From: an uncultured Lachnospiraceae bacterium
GTDB taxonomy: Bacteria > Bacillota > Clostridia > Lachnospirales > Lachnospiraceae
Length of the DNA: 35,103 nt
NCBI GenBank assembly: GCA_902796045.1
Contig: CADBNQ010000082.1
Span: 1 to 35,103, forward strand
Direction: 5' to 3'
In this document: positions 18,795 to 28,230 of the stretch, piece by piece
How the letters are laid out: each line of letters starts with the position of its first letter
How positions within the stretch are numbered: the stretch's first letter is position 1
Program-made: the position numbers and the translations under genes
Notes under the pieces: model-generated
The model's input: the letters and a program-made list of their open reading frames with translations, nothing else
Told to the model about the DNA's origin: nothing
Database searches by the model: none

Positions 18795-18942
18795 CAACTC
18801 CCCTGTCCCTCAATCTTGAGAAATAAGCGCAGCAGGACTTTGCGCGCCGCCGCACGGCAGCATAGCTGCCTTCCTTTGTGCGGCGTGTGCATCACCCGGA
18901 GGGTTTTATCTCATAGGAAATCGATGTTTCCTATGAGATAAA

Positions 18943-18971
18943 AAAAGAAGCGCCAAACGACGCTTCTTTTT
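18943..18971. terminator. Bidirectional intrinsic terminator downstream of the ABC ATPase
   Basis: AAAAGAAGCG-ccaaacga-CGCTTCTTTT with T-runs on both strands. Confidence 0.75.
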
Positions 18972-19004
18972 GAGTAAAAATGATATGGCAGATACTCTGT
19001 ATCA

Positions 19005-19823
19005 TTATTTCATAAAATCCATATAGACCGGCAATACCACTTCCGGCTTGTCCAGCATAACAATCTCTCCATCATGCATCCACATGATCTGGTCACAGAG
19101 ATCCTCAAGGGTAGACATACTGTGAGAGACGATCACGACCGTCCTGTCCCGCTTGGAGATCAGCTCTTTCATCTTGTTGTAACTCTTCTTCCGGAACTTC
19201 TGGTCACCCACGCTCAGCACCTCATCGATCAGCATGATCTCTGTCTCCAGGATCGCTGTGATGGAGAAGGCCAGCTTGGAGTACATACCACTGGAATAGG
19301 TCCGGACCGGCATGTCAATAAAGTTGCCGATATCCGCAAAGGCAATGATCTCAGACATCTTCTCGCCAATCTCTGCCTTGTCGAAGCCAAGCAGGAGTCC
19401 TGACAACAGGATATTCTCCCTTCCTGAGAGTTCTTTATCAAAACCGACGCCTATGGACAGGAGGGATATGCTGTGCCCATGGAGGTCGATCTCTCCGGTG
19501 TCAGCTGAAAAGATGCCGGCAATAGCACGGAGCATGGTGGACTTCCCGCTGCCGTTCTTGCCTGTGATACCGAGAATCTGTCCCTCCGGCACCTCAAAGG
19601 AAACATTGTTGACAGCCCTGAAGACCTCTCTCTGAACCTTCTTCAATGAGAAAAAATTCTGCTTGACGGACCCGGCCTTGAGGCTTCTGTAGTCTATACA
19701 GACATTTCTTACGCTGATCGCGCTTTCTCTTTCTGAGAAAGGGGTCTCATCTGCGTCCTGCCTGATTGAGGGACTGTTCCCGATGATATCAGCATGCTCA
19801 TCAAATACATCTGTTCTGGTCAT
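19005..19823 (-). CDS. Glycan/teichoic acid export ABC ATPase (Wzt/TagH-like, no C-terminal CBM)
   Basis: GKNGSGKST, ELSGRENI, YSSGM signature, IDEVLSVGD, VSHS. Confidence 0.88.
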   Translation of the reverse strand: MTRTDVFDEHADIIGNSPSIRQDADETPFSERESAISVRNVCIDYRSLKAGSVKQNFFSLKKVQREVFRAVNNVSFEVPEGQILGITGKNGSGKSTMLRAIAGIFSADTGEIDLHGHSISLLSIGVGFDKELSGRENILLSGLLLGFDKAEIGEKMSEIIAFADIGNFIDMPVRTYSSGMYSKLAFSITAILETEIMLIDEVLSVGDQKFRKKSYNKMKELISKRDRTVVIVSHSMSTLEDLCDQIMWMHDGEIVMLDKPEVVLPVYMDFMK

Positions 19824-19841
19824 AATACGCTCCTGTTTTTA

Positions 19842-20624
19842 CTAAATGACTTTTACATAACTGTTCTCATTGCGGTAGATCTGCCTTACACCAAGAATAG
19901 CGATAATAAGACTGATGACCATCCAGATGATGATCCAGGTCATGTTGGGACTCTCCCCGTACAGAAGGCACTTTCTGACCCCGGTGATCACGATCGCCAT
20001 GGGATTGCACTTCATCAAGAGCGGTACATACTGGGGAGGCAGTCTTTTTTCAATGTTAAAGAAAATGCCGGTCATGAAATAAGCCATTCGCAGAATAATG
20101 CTTGTGACATTCTCAAGATCCTGGAGGAACACACCGTAATGGAGCAGGTGCGTCATCAGGGCAAAGGTAAAAAGGAAAAGTAATGCCATCTCCGGGATGA
20201 GATATATCACTCTCCAGGTCAGCTGGACCCTGAAATATACGATCATGATCAGGATAACAACCCAGGAAAAAAGCATCTTGTACCCATTGAAAATCATCTT
20301 GGTGACAAGCAGGATAAACTTGGGCAGATATACCTTTGTCACAATCGCTTTATTGTTGCGCATGATCTTGACACTCTGGACGATACACCTGTTGAAGAAG
20401 TCCCACAAGGTAAGACCTACGAAAATAAACAGGGGAAAGTTCGGTTCCTTGGCATCAAAAACCACGCCGAAAATAAAGGCATAGATCAGCATGAAGCAAA
20501 AAGGTTCCAGTACCCACCAGATCCAGTTCAGATAGGAGTTTGCTATCTCAGATTTAAGTGAGGACTTTGCTGACTGAATGGAATATTTGTAATGACTCTT
20601 TAAATCTCTCCAAAATCTTTTCAT
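19842..20624 (-). CDS. Glycan/teichoic acid export ABC-2 permease (Wzm/TagG-like)
   Basis: SYLNWIWWVLEP, several TM helices, KVYLP, NPMA; adjacent to the ATPase; GGAGG RBS. Confidence 0.85.
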   Translation of the reverse strand: MKRFWRDLKSHYKYSIQSAKSSLKSEIANSYLNWIWWVLEPFCFMLIYAFIFGVVFDAKEPNFPLFIFVGLTLWDFFNRCIVQSVKIMRNNKAIVTKVYLPKFILLVTKMIFNGYKMLFSWVVILIMIVYFRVQLTWRVIYLIPEMALLFLFTFALMTHLLHYGVFLQDLENVTSIILRMAYFMTGIFFNIEKRLPPQYVPLLMKCNPMAIVITGVRKCLLYGESPNMTWIIIWMVISLIIAILGVRQIYRNENSYVKVI

Positions 20625-20659
20625 GTTTTCCTCCGATTAACCCACCGAAAATCTAACGA

Positions 20660-20688
20660 ATTATAGCATACTTAGTCATTTTTAGCAA
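20660..20688 (-). promoter_or_regulatory. Promoter of the wzm/wzt-like pair
   Basis: TTGCTA, 17 nt, TATAAT with extended TGn. Confidence 0.7.
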
Positions 20689-20717
20689 GGATTATCAGGC
20701 AGGAGACAAAAAAAGTA

Positions 20718-20746
20718 TGTACTTTGGTCCTGTTTTTAGATATAAT
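20718..20746 (+). promoter_or_regulatory. Probable lgt-ychF promoter
   Basis: Perfect TATAAT at 20741-20746; weak -35 TGTACT at 17 nt. Confidence 0.45.
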
Positions 20747-20805
20747 AGGATGATATCAGGCTCAGAAACATCTTCTGAGAAATCGCAATAAAGGAAGTGT
20801 CATCT

Positions 20806-21717
20806 ATGGATTATACCGCAATCCGTTTTCCCCATCTCGGCCTGTTCTTCCCCCATGTGGGAAGATCTGTCATGATCGGACATTTTGAGATTATGTACTA
20901 TGGGATCATCATCGCCTGCGCTTTTCTGGCAGGCCTTTTCGTTTCCAGGTTCCAGGCAAGAAGAACCGGCCAGGATCCTGAACTCTACCTTGATTTTCTC
21001 CTGTGGCTCATGGTACCGGCCATCCTGGGAGCACGGATCTACTATGTCATCTTCTCATGGGATTATTACGGAGCCCATCCTGCTGAGATCCTCAACCTCC
21101 GCCAGGGAGGGCTGGGCATCATCGGCGGCATAACAGCCGGCATCATCACAATGGTCATTTTCTCCAGACGAAGGAAGCAGAGCCCCCTGCTCCTGCTTGA
21201 CACCGTCAGCATGGGCATGCTCACAGGCCAGATCATCGGAAGATGGGGCAACTTCTTTAACCGGGAAGCATTTGGCGGCTACACAGATTCTCTCTTTGCC
21301 ATGCAGATTCCTCTGGACTACTTCCGGCAGGCCGGACGGATATCTGAGCTGACCGGGTCCGGGCTGCTCGACCACCTTGTAAATGTGACCATGAACGGAC
21401 AGACAACCCCCTGCATCCAGGTGCACCCCACTTTTTTATATGAAGGGATGTGGAACCTGCTCATCCTTGTGCTGATCTTTTTCTGGACCAGGCATAAGAA
21501 ATTCAACGGAGAGCTGCTGTGCCTCTACTTTATCGGTTACGGGGCAGGCCGCTTTGTAATTGAAAGCCTTCGGATTGACCAGCTTCAGATCGGCCACACG
21601 GGGATCGCTGCCACACAGGTCGTCTGTGTCGGTCTTGTCCTGGCCGGCATCCTGGGTATGATCATCGGAAGAACACGCAAAAAACCCACTGAGATAAATG
21701 GAGGAAAATCACTATGA
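20806..21717 (+). CDS. lgt: Prolipoprotein diacylglyceryl transferase (ATG 20806; GTG 20797 possible)
   Basis: YYGII, GARIYYV, GRWGNFFNREAFG, HPTFLYE, RFVIESLR. Confidence 0.95.
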   Translation: MDYTAIRFPHLGLFFPHVGRSVMIGHFEIMYYGIIIACAFLAGLFVSRFQARRTGQDPELYLDFLLWLMVPAILGARIYYVIFSWDYYGAHPAEILNLRQGGLGIIGGITAGIITMVIFSRRRKQSPLLLLDTVSMGMLTGQIIGRWGNFFNREAFGGYTDSLFAMQIPLDYFRQAGRISELTGSGLLDHLVNVTMNGQTTPCIQVHPTFLYEGMWNLLILVLIFFWTRHKKFNGELLCLYFIGYGAGRFVIESLRIDQLQIGHTGIAATQVVCVGLVLAGILGMIIGRTRKKPTEINGGKSL

Positions 21718-22811
21718 AATTAGGTATCGTCGGACTTCCCAATGTCGGCAAGAGCACCTTATTCAACTCGTTAACCAAAGCAGGGGCAGAGTCCGCAAAC
21801 TATCCTTTCTGTACCATCGACCCCAATATCGGTATCGTCACCGTGCCTGACGACCGTCTGGCTGTCCTGTCGGATATGTATGATTCCGCCAGGATTGTGC
21901 CGGCAGCCATAGAGTTTGTTGACATCGCCGGTCTCGTGAAAGGGGCATCCAGGGGAGAAGGGCTTGGCAACCAGTTCCTGGCCCATATCAGGGAGGTGGA
22001 TGCCATCGTACATGTCGTCCGCTGTTTTACGGACAGCAATGTGATCCATGTGGATGGAAGCGTTGACCCTCTGCGGGATATAGAAACCATCAATTACGAG
22101 CTGATCTTTGCAGATATGGAAGTGCTGGAAAGACGAATCGCCAGACAGGCCAGAGCGGCCCACAATGATAAGAAGATTGCTGCCGAAGTGGCCTTGCTGA
22201 AGAGAGTTCAGGAGCATCTGGAAAAAGGCCTTCTGGCCAAAACCTTCACGCCGGAGAATGATGATGAACAAAAGCTGATCTCAGCCTGCAACCTTCTTAC
22301 GGCCAAGCCTGTTATATTTGCTGCCAATGTGTCCGAAGAAGACCTGGCAGACGATGGGGCTGATAATCCTTTTGTAGCTCAGGTCAGGGAGTATGCGGCT
22401 GGCTGTGATGCGGAAGTCTTTGTGGTATGTGCCCAGATCGAACAGGAGATTGCAGAGCTTGAGGAAGACGAAAAGGCCATGTTCCTTGAGGATCTTGGAA
22501 TAAAAGAGTCAGGACTTGAGAAACTGATCTCCGCCAGCTATTCCCTGCTGGGCCTTATATCCTATCTCACAGCCGGACCCATTGAGTCAAAAGCCTGGAC
22601 GATCACCAGGGGGACCAGAGCCCCTCAGGCGGCAGGCAAGATTCATTCTGATTTTGAAAGAGGTTTTATCAAGGCTGATGTCATCAGCTACGATGACCTG
22701 ATCGCATGCGGTGGCATGACCCAGGCCAGGGAGAAGGGACTTGTCCGCTCTGAAGGAAAAGAATATGTCATGCAGGACGGAGACGTGGTTCTCTTTAAAT
22801 TCAACGTTTAA
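21714..22811 (+). CDS. ychF: Redox-regulated ATPase YchF
   Basis: [43 protein letters not shown]; ATGA overlap with lgt. Confidence 0.97.
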   Translation: MKLGIVGLPNVGKSTLFNSLTKAGAESANYPFCTIDPNIGIVTVPDDRLAVLSDMYDSARIVPAAIEFVDIAGLVKGASRGEGLGNQFLAHIREVDAIVHVVRCFTDSNVIHVDGSVDPLRDIETINYELIFADMEVLERRIARQARAAHNDKKIAAEVALLKRVQEHLEKGLLAKTFTPENDDEQKLISACNLLTAKPVIFAANVSEEDLADDGADNPFVAQVREYAAGCDAEVFVVCAQIEQEIAELEEDEKAMFLEDLGIKESGLEKLISASYSLLGLISYLTAGPIESKAWTITRGTRAPQAAGKIHSDFERGFIKADVISYDDLIACGGMTQAREKGLVRSEGKEYVMQDGDVVLFKFNV

Positions 22812-22832
22812 AATAAGATTATCAGATCATGA

Positions 22833-23483
22833 TCAATCACTGGAGCGGATCACCAGAAGGTATCCGCTCTTTATTTTTACTGTCCCGGCTTCTTCTGTCA
22901 GCTCGTTGCTGATTCCCAGGCTGATGTCAGTCGACAGGATGGCATTATGGAGAGGATAAGAAAAGCCGTCAAGATCGATTCCCCCGGCGTCTCCTCCCCA
23001 GGCCATCAGAGAAAACCACGGGAAATCAGGATTTCTCCTGTATACTCTCTCTGCAGGTCCGCATAGCATGGAGATCTCATTATGCCTGTCTGCTATGATC
23101 CCGTCTATGCCCATGGAAGCAAGCCCCTGAAGAAGACCGACATTGGCCAGAAAATGGTCCGCCCTGCTTCCGGTGGCTCCAAGGATCGTGATGGCATCTG
23201 GATGATAATCAAGGGCGCAAAGGACGGCCAGATGGGTATCAGTGTAATCCTTCCTGACCGGGAAGGAGTGGACAGGGATCCCCTGGTCAGCGTAATCCTT
23301 CAGGATCGACTTGTCAGAAAGACTGTCAAAATCCCCAAGGATATCTGTCGGTACAAGCGACAGTTTCTTTAAGGATGCCAGACCGGCATCAGCGGCGATG
23401 ATCCGTTCAAAGCTCTTTCCCTGTAAATAGGCTTTTGCATATTCTGCTTCCAGCCGGCCTCCGGTGATGATCAGTATATCCAC
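22833..23483 (-). CDS. thiN: Thiamine pyrophosphokinase (GTG 23483 preferred)
   Basis: IAADAG, GDFDS, KDYTDT, GATGSRADH, GISNE. Confidence 0.92.
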   Translation of the reverse strand: MDILIITGGRLEAEYAKAYLQGKSFERIIAADAGLASLKKLSLVPTDILGDFDSLSDKSILKDYADQGIPVHSFPVRKDYTDTHLAVLCALDYHPDAITILGATGSRADHFLANVGLLQGLASMGIDGIIADRHNEISMLCGPAERVYRRNPDFPWFSLMAWGGDAGGIDLDGFSYPLHNAILSTDISLGISNELTEEAGTVKIKSGYLLVIRSSD

Positions 23484-23506
23484 GGTTTCCTTCTCCTGCT
23501 TACGCC

Positions 23507-24385
23507 CTACCACTTCTTCATCTGTTCCAGTTCCTCATAGAAGCGGCAGTAGTCCTCATACCTCAATCTGCTGATCATTCCCTCATCCACCGCCTCTTTC
23601 ACCAGGCAGTCAGATTCATGAATATGGCAGCATCCCTTGAACCGACACCTGTTCTCATAGGGGGCAAACTCGGAGAAAGAAAACCGAAGGTCCTCCTTGT
23701 CCATCCGGTCAAGATAGAGAGAGCTGAAACCCGGCGTATCCATCAGGTAGGTATTCTTCCAAAGATGGATCAGTTCAGAATGCCGGGTTGTGTGGCGCCC
23801 CCTCTTGATCTTCCTGCTGATATCACCGGTCAGCATCTGTGTCTCTCCGGAGATCCTGTTCAGAATGGAAGACTTGCCGACACCTGAGGGGCCTGCAAGG
23901 ACAGTGGTCCTCTGGTCAAGCAGTTCTTTAAGCTCCTGCGTTCCTTCCCCTGTCTGCGCGGAGAGAAAAAGCAGTCTGCAGCCGCAATGCTCATAATCTC
24001 TGTGGATTTTCTCCAGTTCAGAGAGTTCAGCGAGGTCCGTTTTATTAAAGCCGATCAGTACAGGGATATCCTGTCTGTCCATCATGAGGAGAAACCTGTT
24101 GAGCAGGTTGTAATTCGGTTCCGGCTCATGGACCGCAAAGATGACAAGTGCCTGGTCCACATTGGCTGACATAGGACGGACAAGCTGGTTTTTCCGCGGG
24201 TAGATTTCAGACAGGGTGGCTGTTTTATCTTCCTCGGAGATCAGGTCGACCTCGACCTGGTCTCCGACCTTGGGCTTTTGCCCCCGGTTGCGGAATATGC
24301 CTTTTGCACGGCATTCGTACAGTCCTCTGTCCTCCACGTATACATAGTAGAATCCGCCCACGCCTTTTATTATCCTGCCCGTCAT
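23507..24385 (-). CDS. rsgA: Ribosome small subunit-dependent GTPase A (start 24385)
   Basis: NKTD, GPSGVGKSS, GRHTT, DTPGF, CRFKGCCHIHESDC zinc finger. Confidence 0.96.
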   Translation of the reverse strand: MTGRIIKGVGGFYYVYVEDRGLYECRAKGIFRNRGQKPKVGDQVEVDLISEEDKTATLSEIYPRKNQLVRPMSANVDQALVIFAVHEPEPNYNLLNRFLLMMDRQDIPVLIGFNKTDLAELSELEKIHRDYEHCGCRLLFLSAQTGEGTQELKELLDQRTTVLAGPSGVGKSSILNRISGETQMLTGDISRKIKRGRHTTRHSELIHLWKNTYLMDTPGFSSLYLDRMDKEDLRFSFSEFAPYENRCRFKGCCHIHESDCLVKEAVDEGMISRLRYEDYCRFYEELEQMKKW

Positions 24386-24398
24386 ATCATAAAGCTCC

Positions 24399-26432
24399 TT
24401 AATCAGCCACAGCACTCAGCTCCACGGCAGACCGGCTGTACTCCTGTCCGTTGACATAGACCACTGCCACAGCCTCGTCACCGCTGTCTGAAGTATAATT
24501 GATATTTAATGGAAAGCTGTTTTCTGTGAGTTCTTCCTGGTGGTAGATACTCTCCTCTTTATCTCCCTGGATGACAACAATCTCCAGGGAGCCTGTTCCT
24601 CCCTCATCCTCACTGAATGGATTCTCCAGTATGGAGATGACTCCCTCATAATGGTATTTCTCCTCTTCGCCGAGACTGATGGTTATGGAGACCTCTGTCC
24701 CTTTCTCCACCAGGCTCCCGGAAGGGATATCCTGTTCAATAACATCTCCCACACCGACAGATCCGCTGTAATCGCTGCTCACGCTGCCCAGCTTCAGACC
24801 CACATCATTGAGAAGCTTCTCAGCATTTTCCCTGGAAACGCCGCTCAGAGAAGGCACCTTTACCTGGCCCACACCCTTGCTCACTGTGATGGTCACGGTG
24901 AATCCCCGGTCCACTTCTGTTCCGCCTTTAGGATTCTGCCTGATCACTACACCTTCTTTGACCGTGTCACTGGTGGCATAGATCACGGAGGAGGAAAGGC
25001 CTTCCTTTTCCAGGGTCGACTCGGCCTCCCCCTGCTCCAGGCCTTCCAGGGCAGGCACTTGTATTCTGCTGCTCAGATTGCTCTCATCTGGTCCCAGTGT
25101 CAGTGTGACCACTGTGCCCGTTGTTACCTTATCGCCTCTTGCATGGTCCTGTTCGATGACGATCCAGGTACTTTCATCGTATTCCTCTGTTGTCTCCATC
25201 TGCACAAAATTGAGGTTGAGAGAATGCTTTCTTGCTCTCTCAAGAGCCTTTTCCTTGGTCAGTTTTGTAAAGTCAGGAACCTGAACCTTCTCTGTCTCAG
25301 TATCTTTGACGCTGGTGCTGGCCTGCTCCGTGGTAGACTCTGACTCCTTGCCGAATGGCAGCCGGAACAGATGGAGGGAATTGCCCACGGTAAAGATCAG
25401 AAAAGCAGCAAAAGCAACACCCAGGATGATCGCGATGATCAATATCATCTTCTCAAATCGAGGCATAACCTCCTCGTCATCCTCGCTGTCTTCACGGATG
25501 TCCCTGTCTGTCTCACGGGAAAGGGACCGTTTTACCTCCTCAATCTCCTGCTGATCCCGGGCTCTCGTGGGACTGTCATCCACAAGGGGCGTCACATAGA
25601 CATAGTTTCCGTCAGGAGATTCAAAGACTCTTTCCAGATCGCTGATCAGGTCTCTGGCTGACTGATACCTCTCTTCAGGCTTTTTCCTCACACACTTGAG
25701 TATGATATTTTCCAGGCTGGCAGGAATATCAGGAAAGTAGTCTCTGGGCGGAGTGATATCATCCCTGAGATGCATCAGGGCAATGGCTACCGAGTTGTCT
25801 CCATCAAAGGGAACCCTGCCTGTTGCCATCTCGTAGATCGTGATACCCAGGGAGTAGATGTCACTGCGGTTGTCAGAGTATCCTCCCCTGGCCTGTTCAG
25901 GAGACAGGTATCTCACAGAACCCATGGCATTGGAGGAGACTGTGTCACTGGTGGCGGCCTTGGCGATGCCGAAGTCTGTCACCTTAATACTGCCGCTGTC
26001 TGAAACCAGAATGTTCTGGGGCTTGATATCCCTGTGGATGATCCCGTGATCATGGGCTGCCTGGATGGCATGGGCGATCTGGATGGAGAAATCGACAGTC
26101 TCCCGGGCACTCAGCCTCCCGTACCGTCTGATATAATTCTTCAGGGTCATCCCCTCTGCCAGCTCCATGACGATATAATACAGTCCCTGATCCTTGCCTG
26201 CATCATAGATCTTGACGATGTTGGGGTGGTCAAGGCCTTCTGTGGACCTTGCCTCTGCAATAAACTTCTGTACAAAGGCATCATCCTCATTGTATTCACT
26301 TTTCAGTATTTTGATGGCGACGTAAGTGTCTGTCCCGATGCATCTGGCCTTATAGACATTGGCCATACCCCCGGTACCGATCTGGTCCATCAGTTCGTAT
26401 TTTCCATCAAGGATTAAACCGATCTCGATCAC
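24399..26432 (-). CDS. pknB: PASTA-domain Ser/Thr kinase (Stk1/PrkC)
   Basis: IGTGGMA, VAIK, HRDIKPQN, DFG, SPEQ; TM helix; about three PASTA repeats. Confidence 0.95.
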   Translation of the reverse strand: MIEIGLILDGKYELMDQIGTGGMANVYKARCIGTDTYVAIKILKSEYNEDDAFVQKFIAEARSTEGLDHPNIVKIYDAGKDQGLYYIVMELAEGMTLKNYIRRYGRLSARETVDFSIQIAHAIQAAHDHGIIHRDIKPQNILVSDSGSIKVTDFGIAKAATSDTVSSNAMGSVRYLSPEQARGGYSDNRSDIYSLGITIYEMATGRVPFDGDNSVAIALMHLRDDITPPRDYFPDIPASLENIILKCVRKKPEERYQSARDLISDLERVFESPDGNYVYVTPLVDDSPTRARDQQEIEEVKRSLSRETDRDIREDSEDDEEVMPRFEKMILIIAIILGVAFAAFLIFTVGNSLHLFRLPFGKESESTTEQASTSVKDTETEKVQVPDFTKLTKEKALERARKHSLNLNFVQMETTEEYDESTWIVIEQDHARGDKVTTGTVVTLTLGPDESNLSSRIQVPALEGLEQGEAESTLEKEGLSSSVIYATSDTVKEGVVIRQNPKGGTEVDRGFTVTITVSKGVGQVKVPSLSGVSRENAEKLLNDVGLKLGSVSSDYSGSVGVGDVIEQDIPSGSLVEKGTEVSITISLGEEEKYHYEGVISILENPFSEDEGGTGSLEIVVIQGDKEESIYHQEELTENSFPLNINYTSDSGDEAVAVVYVNGQEYSRSAVELSAVAD

Positions 26433-27172
26433 TGCTGCCGCCTCCCCTCGTCATACCGGGCTGCTACCACAGCAATATTATCATGTCCGCCATAAAAATT
26501 GGCTTCTTCTATGCACTTATCCACGATCTTTTCCGGATCATTTTCAGAGGAGACGATTTTATGGAGCTCATGATCTTCCACCATGTTTGACAGACCATCA
26601 GAGCAGAGGAGAATCTTTCCCCCGCCGGAGATTCTGACCATAAAATAGTCAGGTTCCAGTGATCCGGATACCCCCAGGGCTCTGGTGATAATATTTTTCT
26701 GAGGATGGTAGCGGCTCTCCTCTCTCTTGAGCTCGCCGGCTCTTACCAGCTCCTCCACCAGGGAATGGTCCATGGTAATCTGGCGGAACTCATCATTCTG
26801 ACAATAATAGAGGCGGCTGTCTCCTATATTCATCACATAAACAGTGTCATCGATCACAGTCGCCGCGACAAAGGTGGTGCCCATCCCTGCATACTGATCC
26901 TGGGTCTCCGACATCCGGAATATTTCTTCATTGACCTGCCTGATCAGCTTTCCCATGGTAAGGAAAGGGACCTCCAGAGATTCTTTCCCGGCCAGATCCA
27001 CGAAACGTGTCACGGCATAGGACGATGCCTTGTCGCCAGCTCTGTGTCCGCCCATCCCATCGGCTACTATATAAAGATTGGGAAAACAGCCGACCATTTC
27101 ATCAGAAAAGAAAATATAATCCTGATTGATATTTCTCTTTTTCCCTATATCAGTCCTGCCAAATGAATGCAT
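26429..27172 (-). CDS. stp: PP2C-type Ser/Thr phosphatase (Stp1/PrpC)
   Basis: NQD, VADGMGGH, GDSR, LCSDG, GGHDN. Confidence 0.94.
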   Translation of the reverse strand: MHSFGRTDIGKKRNINQDYIFFSDEMVGCFPNLYIVADGMGGHRAGDKASSYAVTRFVDLAGKESLEVPFLTMGKLIRQVNEEIFRMSETQDQYAGMGTTFVAATVIDDTVYVMNIGDSRLYYCQNDEFRQITMDHSLVEELVRAGELKREESRYHPQKNIITRALGVSGSLEPDYFMVRISGGGKILLCSDGLSNMVEDHELHKIVSSENDPEKIVDKCIEEANFYGGHDNIAVVAARYDEGRRQQ

Positions 27173-28230
27173 CAGCTCCCACTCCTTTCTATATGGCTTC
27201 TTCTGAGCTGTCCGCAGGCAGCCTGGATATCTCTGCCCATCTCCCTGCGCACAGTCACCTGTATTTTCCTTTGCTCTAAATATCTTCTGAACTCTTTCAC
27301 TGTCCGGCTCTCCGATGACCGGTACCCTCTTTCCTTCACAGGGTTGACCGGAATCAGGTTGATATGACAGTTCATTCCCCCAACCAGGGCGGCCAGGCCG
27401 GCAGCACAGTCCAGACTGTCATTGACACCCTCGATCAGGCTGTACTCAAATGTAATACGGCGTCCGGTCTTATGCACATAATAGCCGGCTGCCTCCATGA
27501 GTTCCTTCATGGGATAGAGATTGGCCACCGGCATCAGGGTACGGCGCAGACGGTCATCCGGTGCATGAAGAGAAACAGCTAGGGTCACCTGTGGAAACAG
27601 GTCTGCGAATTCATACATCCTCGGCACCAGTCCGCAGGTGGAAACTGTGATATTCCTGCGGCTGATATTCAGACCCTCCGGCCCGCTCAGGATGCTGATC
27701 ATCCTTGCCAGGGCTTCGAAGTTGTCAAATGGCTCTCCTGTTCCCATCACGACTACATGAGATACTCTGACCCCTGACAGCCTGGAAACAGCATAAATCT
27801 GATCCAGCATCTCTGAAGGGTAAAGATTCCTGGATAGTCCGGCCAGGGTGGATGCACAGAACCTGCAGCCCATCCTGCAGCCGGCCTGAGAGGAAATACA
27901 TACGGAGTTCCCATGTTTATAGGGCATCATCACACTCTCTATCATATTGCCGTCGTGAAGGGAAAACAGATACTTGCACGTACCGTCGATCCGGGAAGTA
28001 TACCGCTCCACCTCTGTCACGCCGTACAGGGGATGTTCAGCCAGCAGCCTGTCCAGACAGGCAGCCGGGACATTTGTCATCTCCTCAGGGGACACGATCA
28101 GCTTTCTGTGAAGCCAGCTGAATATCTGACCGGCACGGAATCTTTTCTCCCCATTTGCTGTCAGAATCTCTGTCAGCTCTTCTATATTCATTGATCTTAA
28201 ATCTGACCAGCTTGTCATCTTTGTTCTCAC
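27172..28230 (-). CDS. rlmN: Radical SAM RNA methyltransferase RlmN (start may be 28218)
   Basis: CRMGCRFC, MGTGEP, SLHAP, AACGQL. Confidence 0.95.
   Translation of the reverse strand: MRTKMTSWSDLRSMNIEELTEILTANGEKRFRAGQIFSWLHRKLIVSPEEMTNVPAACLDRLLAEHPLYGVTEVERYTSRIDGTCKYLFSLHDGNMIESVMMPYKHGNSVCISSQAGCRMGCRFCASTLAGLSRNLYPSEMLDQIYAVSRLSGVRVSHVVVMGTGEPFDNFEALARMISILSGPEGLNISRRNITVSTCGLVPRMYEFADLFPQVTLAVSLHAPDDRLRRTLMPVANLYPMKELMEAAGYYVHKTGRRITFEYSLIEGVNDSLDCAAGLAALVGGMNCHINLIPVNPVKERGYRSSESRTVKEFRRYLEQRKIQVTVRREMGRDIQAACGQLRRSHIERSGS

Noticed and set aside
18794-18892. 32-aa small ORF MHTPHKGRQLCCRAAARKVLLRLFLKIEGQGS on the minus strand
   Set aside because: No RBS or promoter, lies behind a terminator, and the base-pairing pattern explains the sequence better; ribosome profiling would be needed to revive it
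18777-18905. RNase P, 6S or SRP RNA identity (AAAGTCC motifs present)
   Set aside because: Too short for RNase P and lacks full GAGGAAAGTCC and its P4 partner; no SRP domain IV motif; no 6S-like long rod with central bubble evident
22812-22834. Terminator between convergent ychF and thiN (GATCATGATC palindrome)
   Set aside because: Very short stem and no U-tract; GATC words are frequent throughout the window
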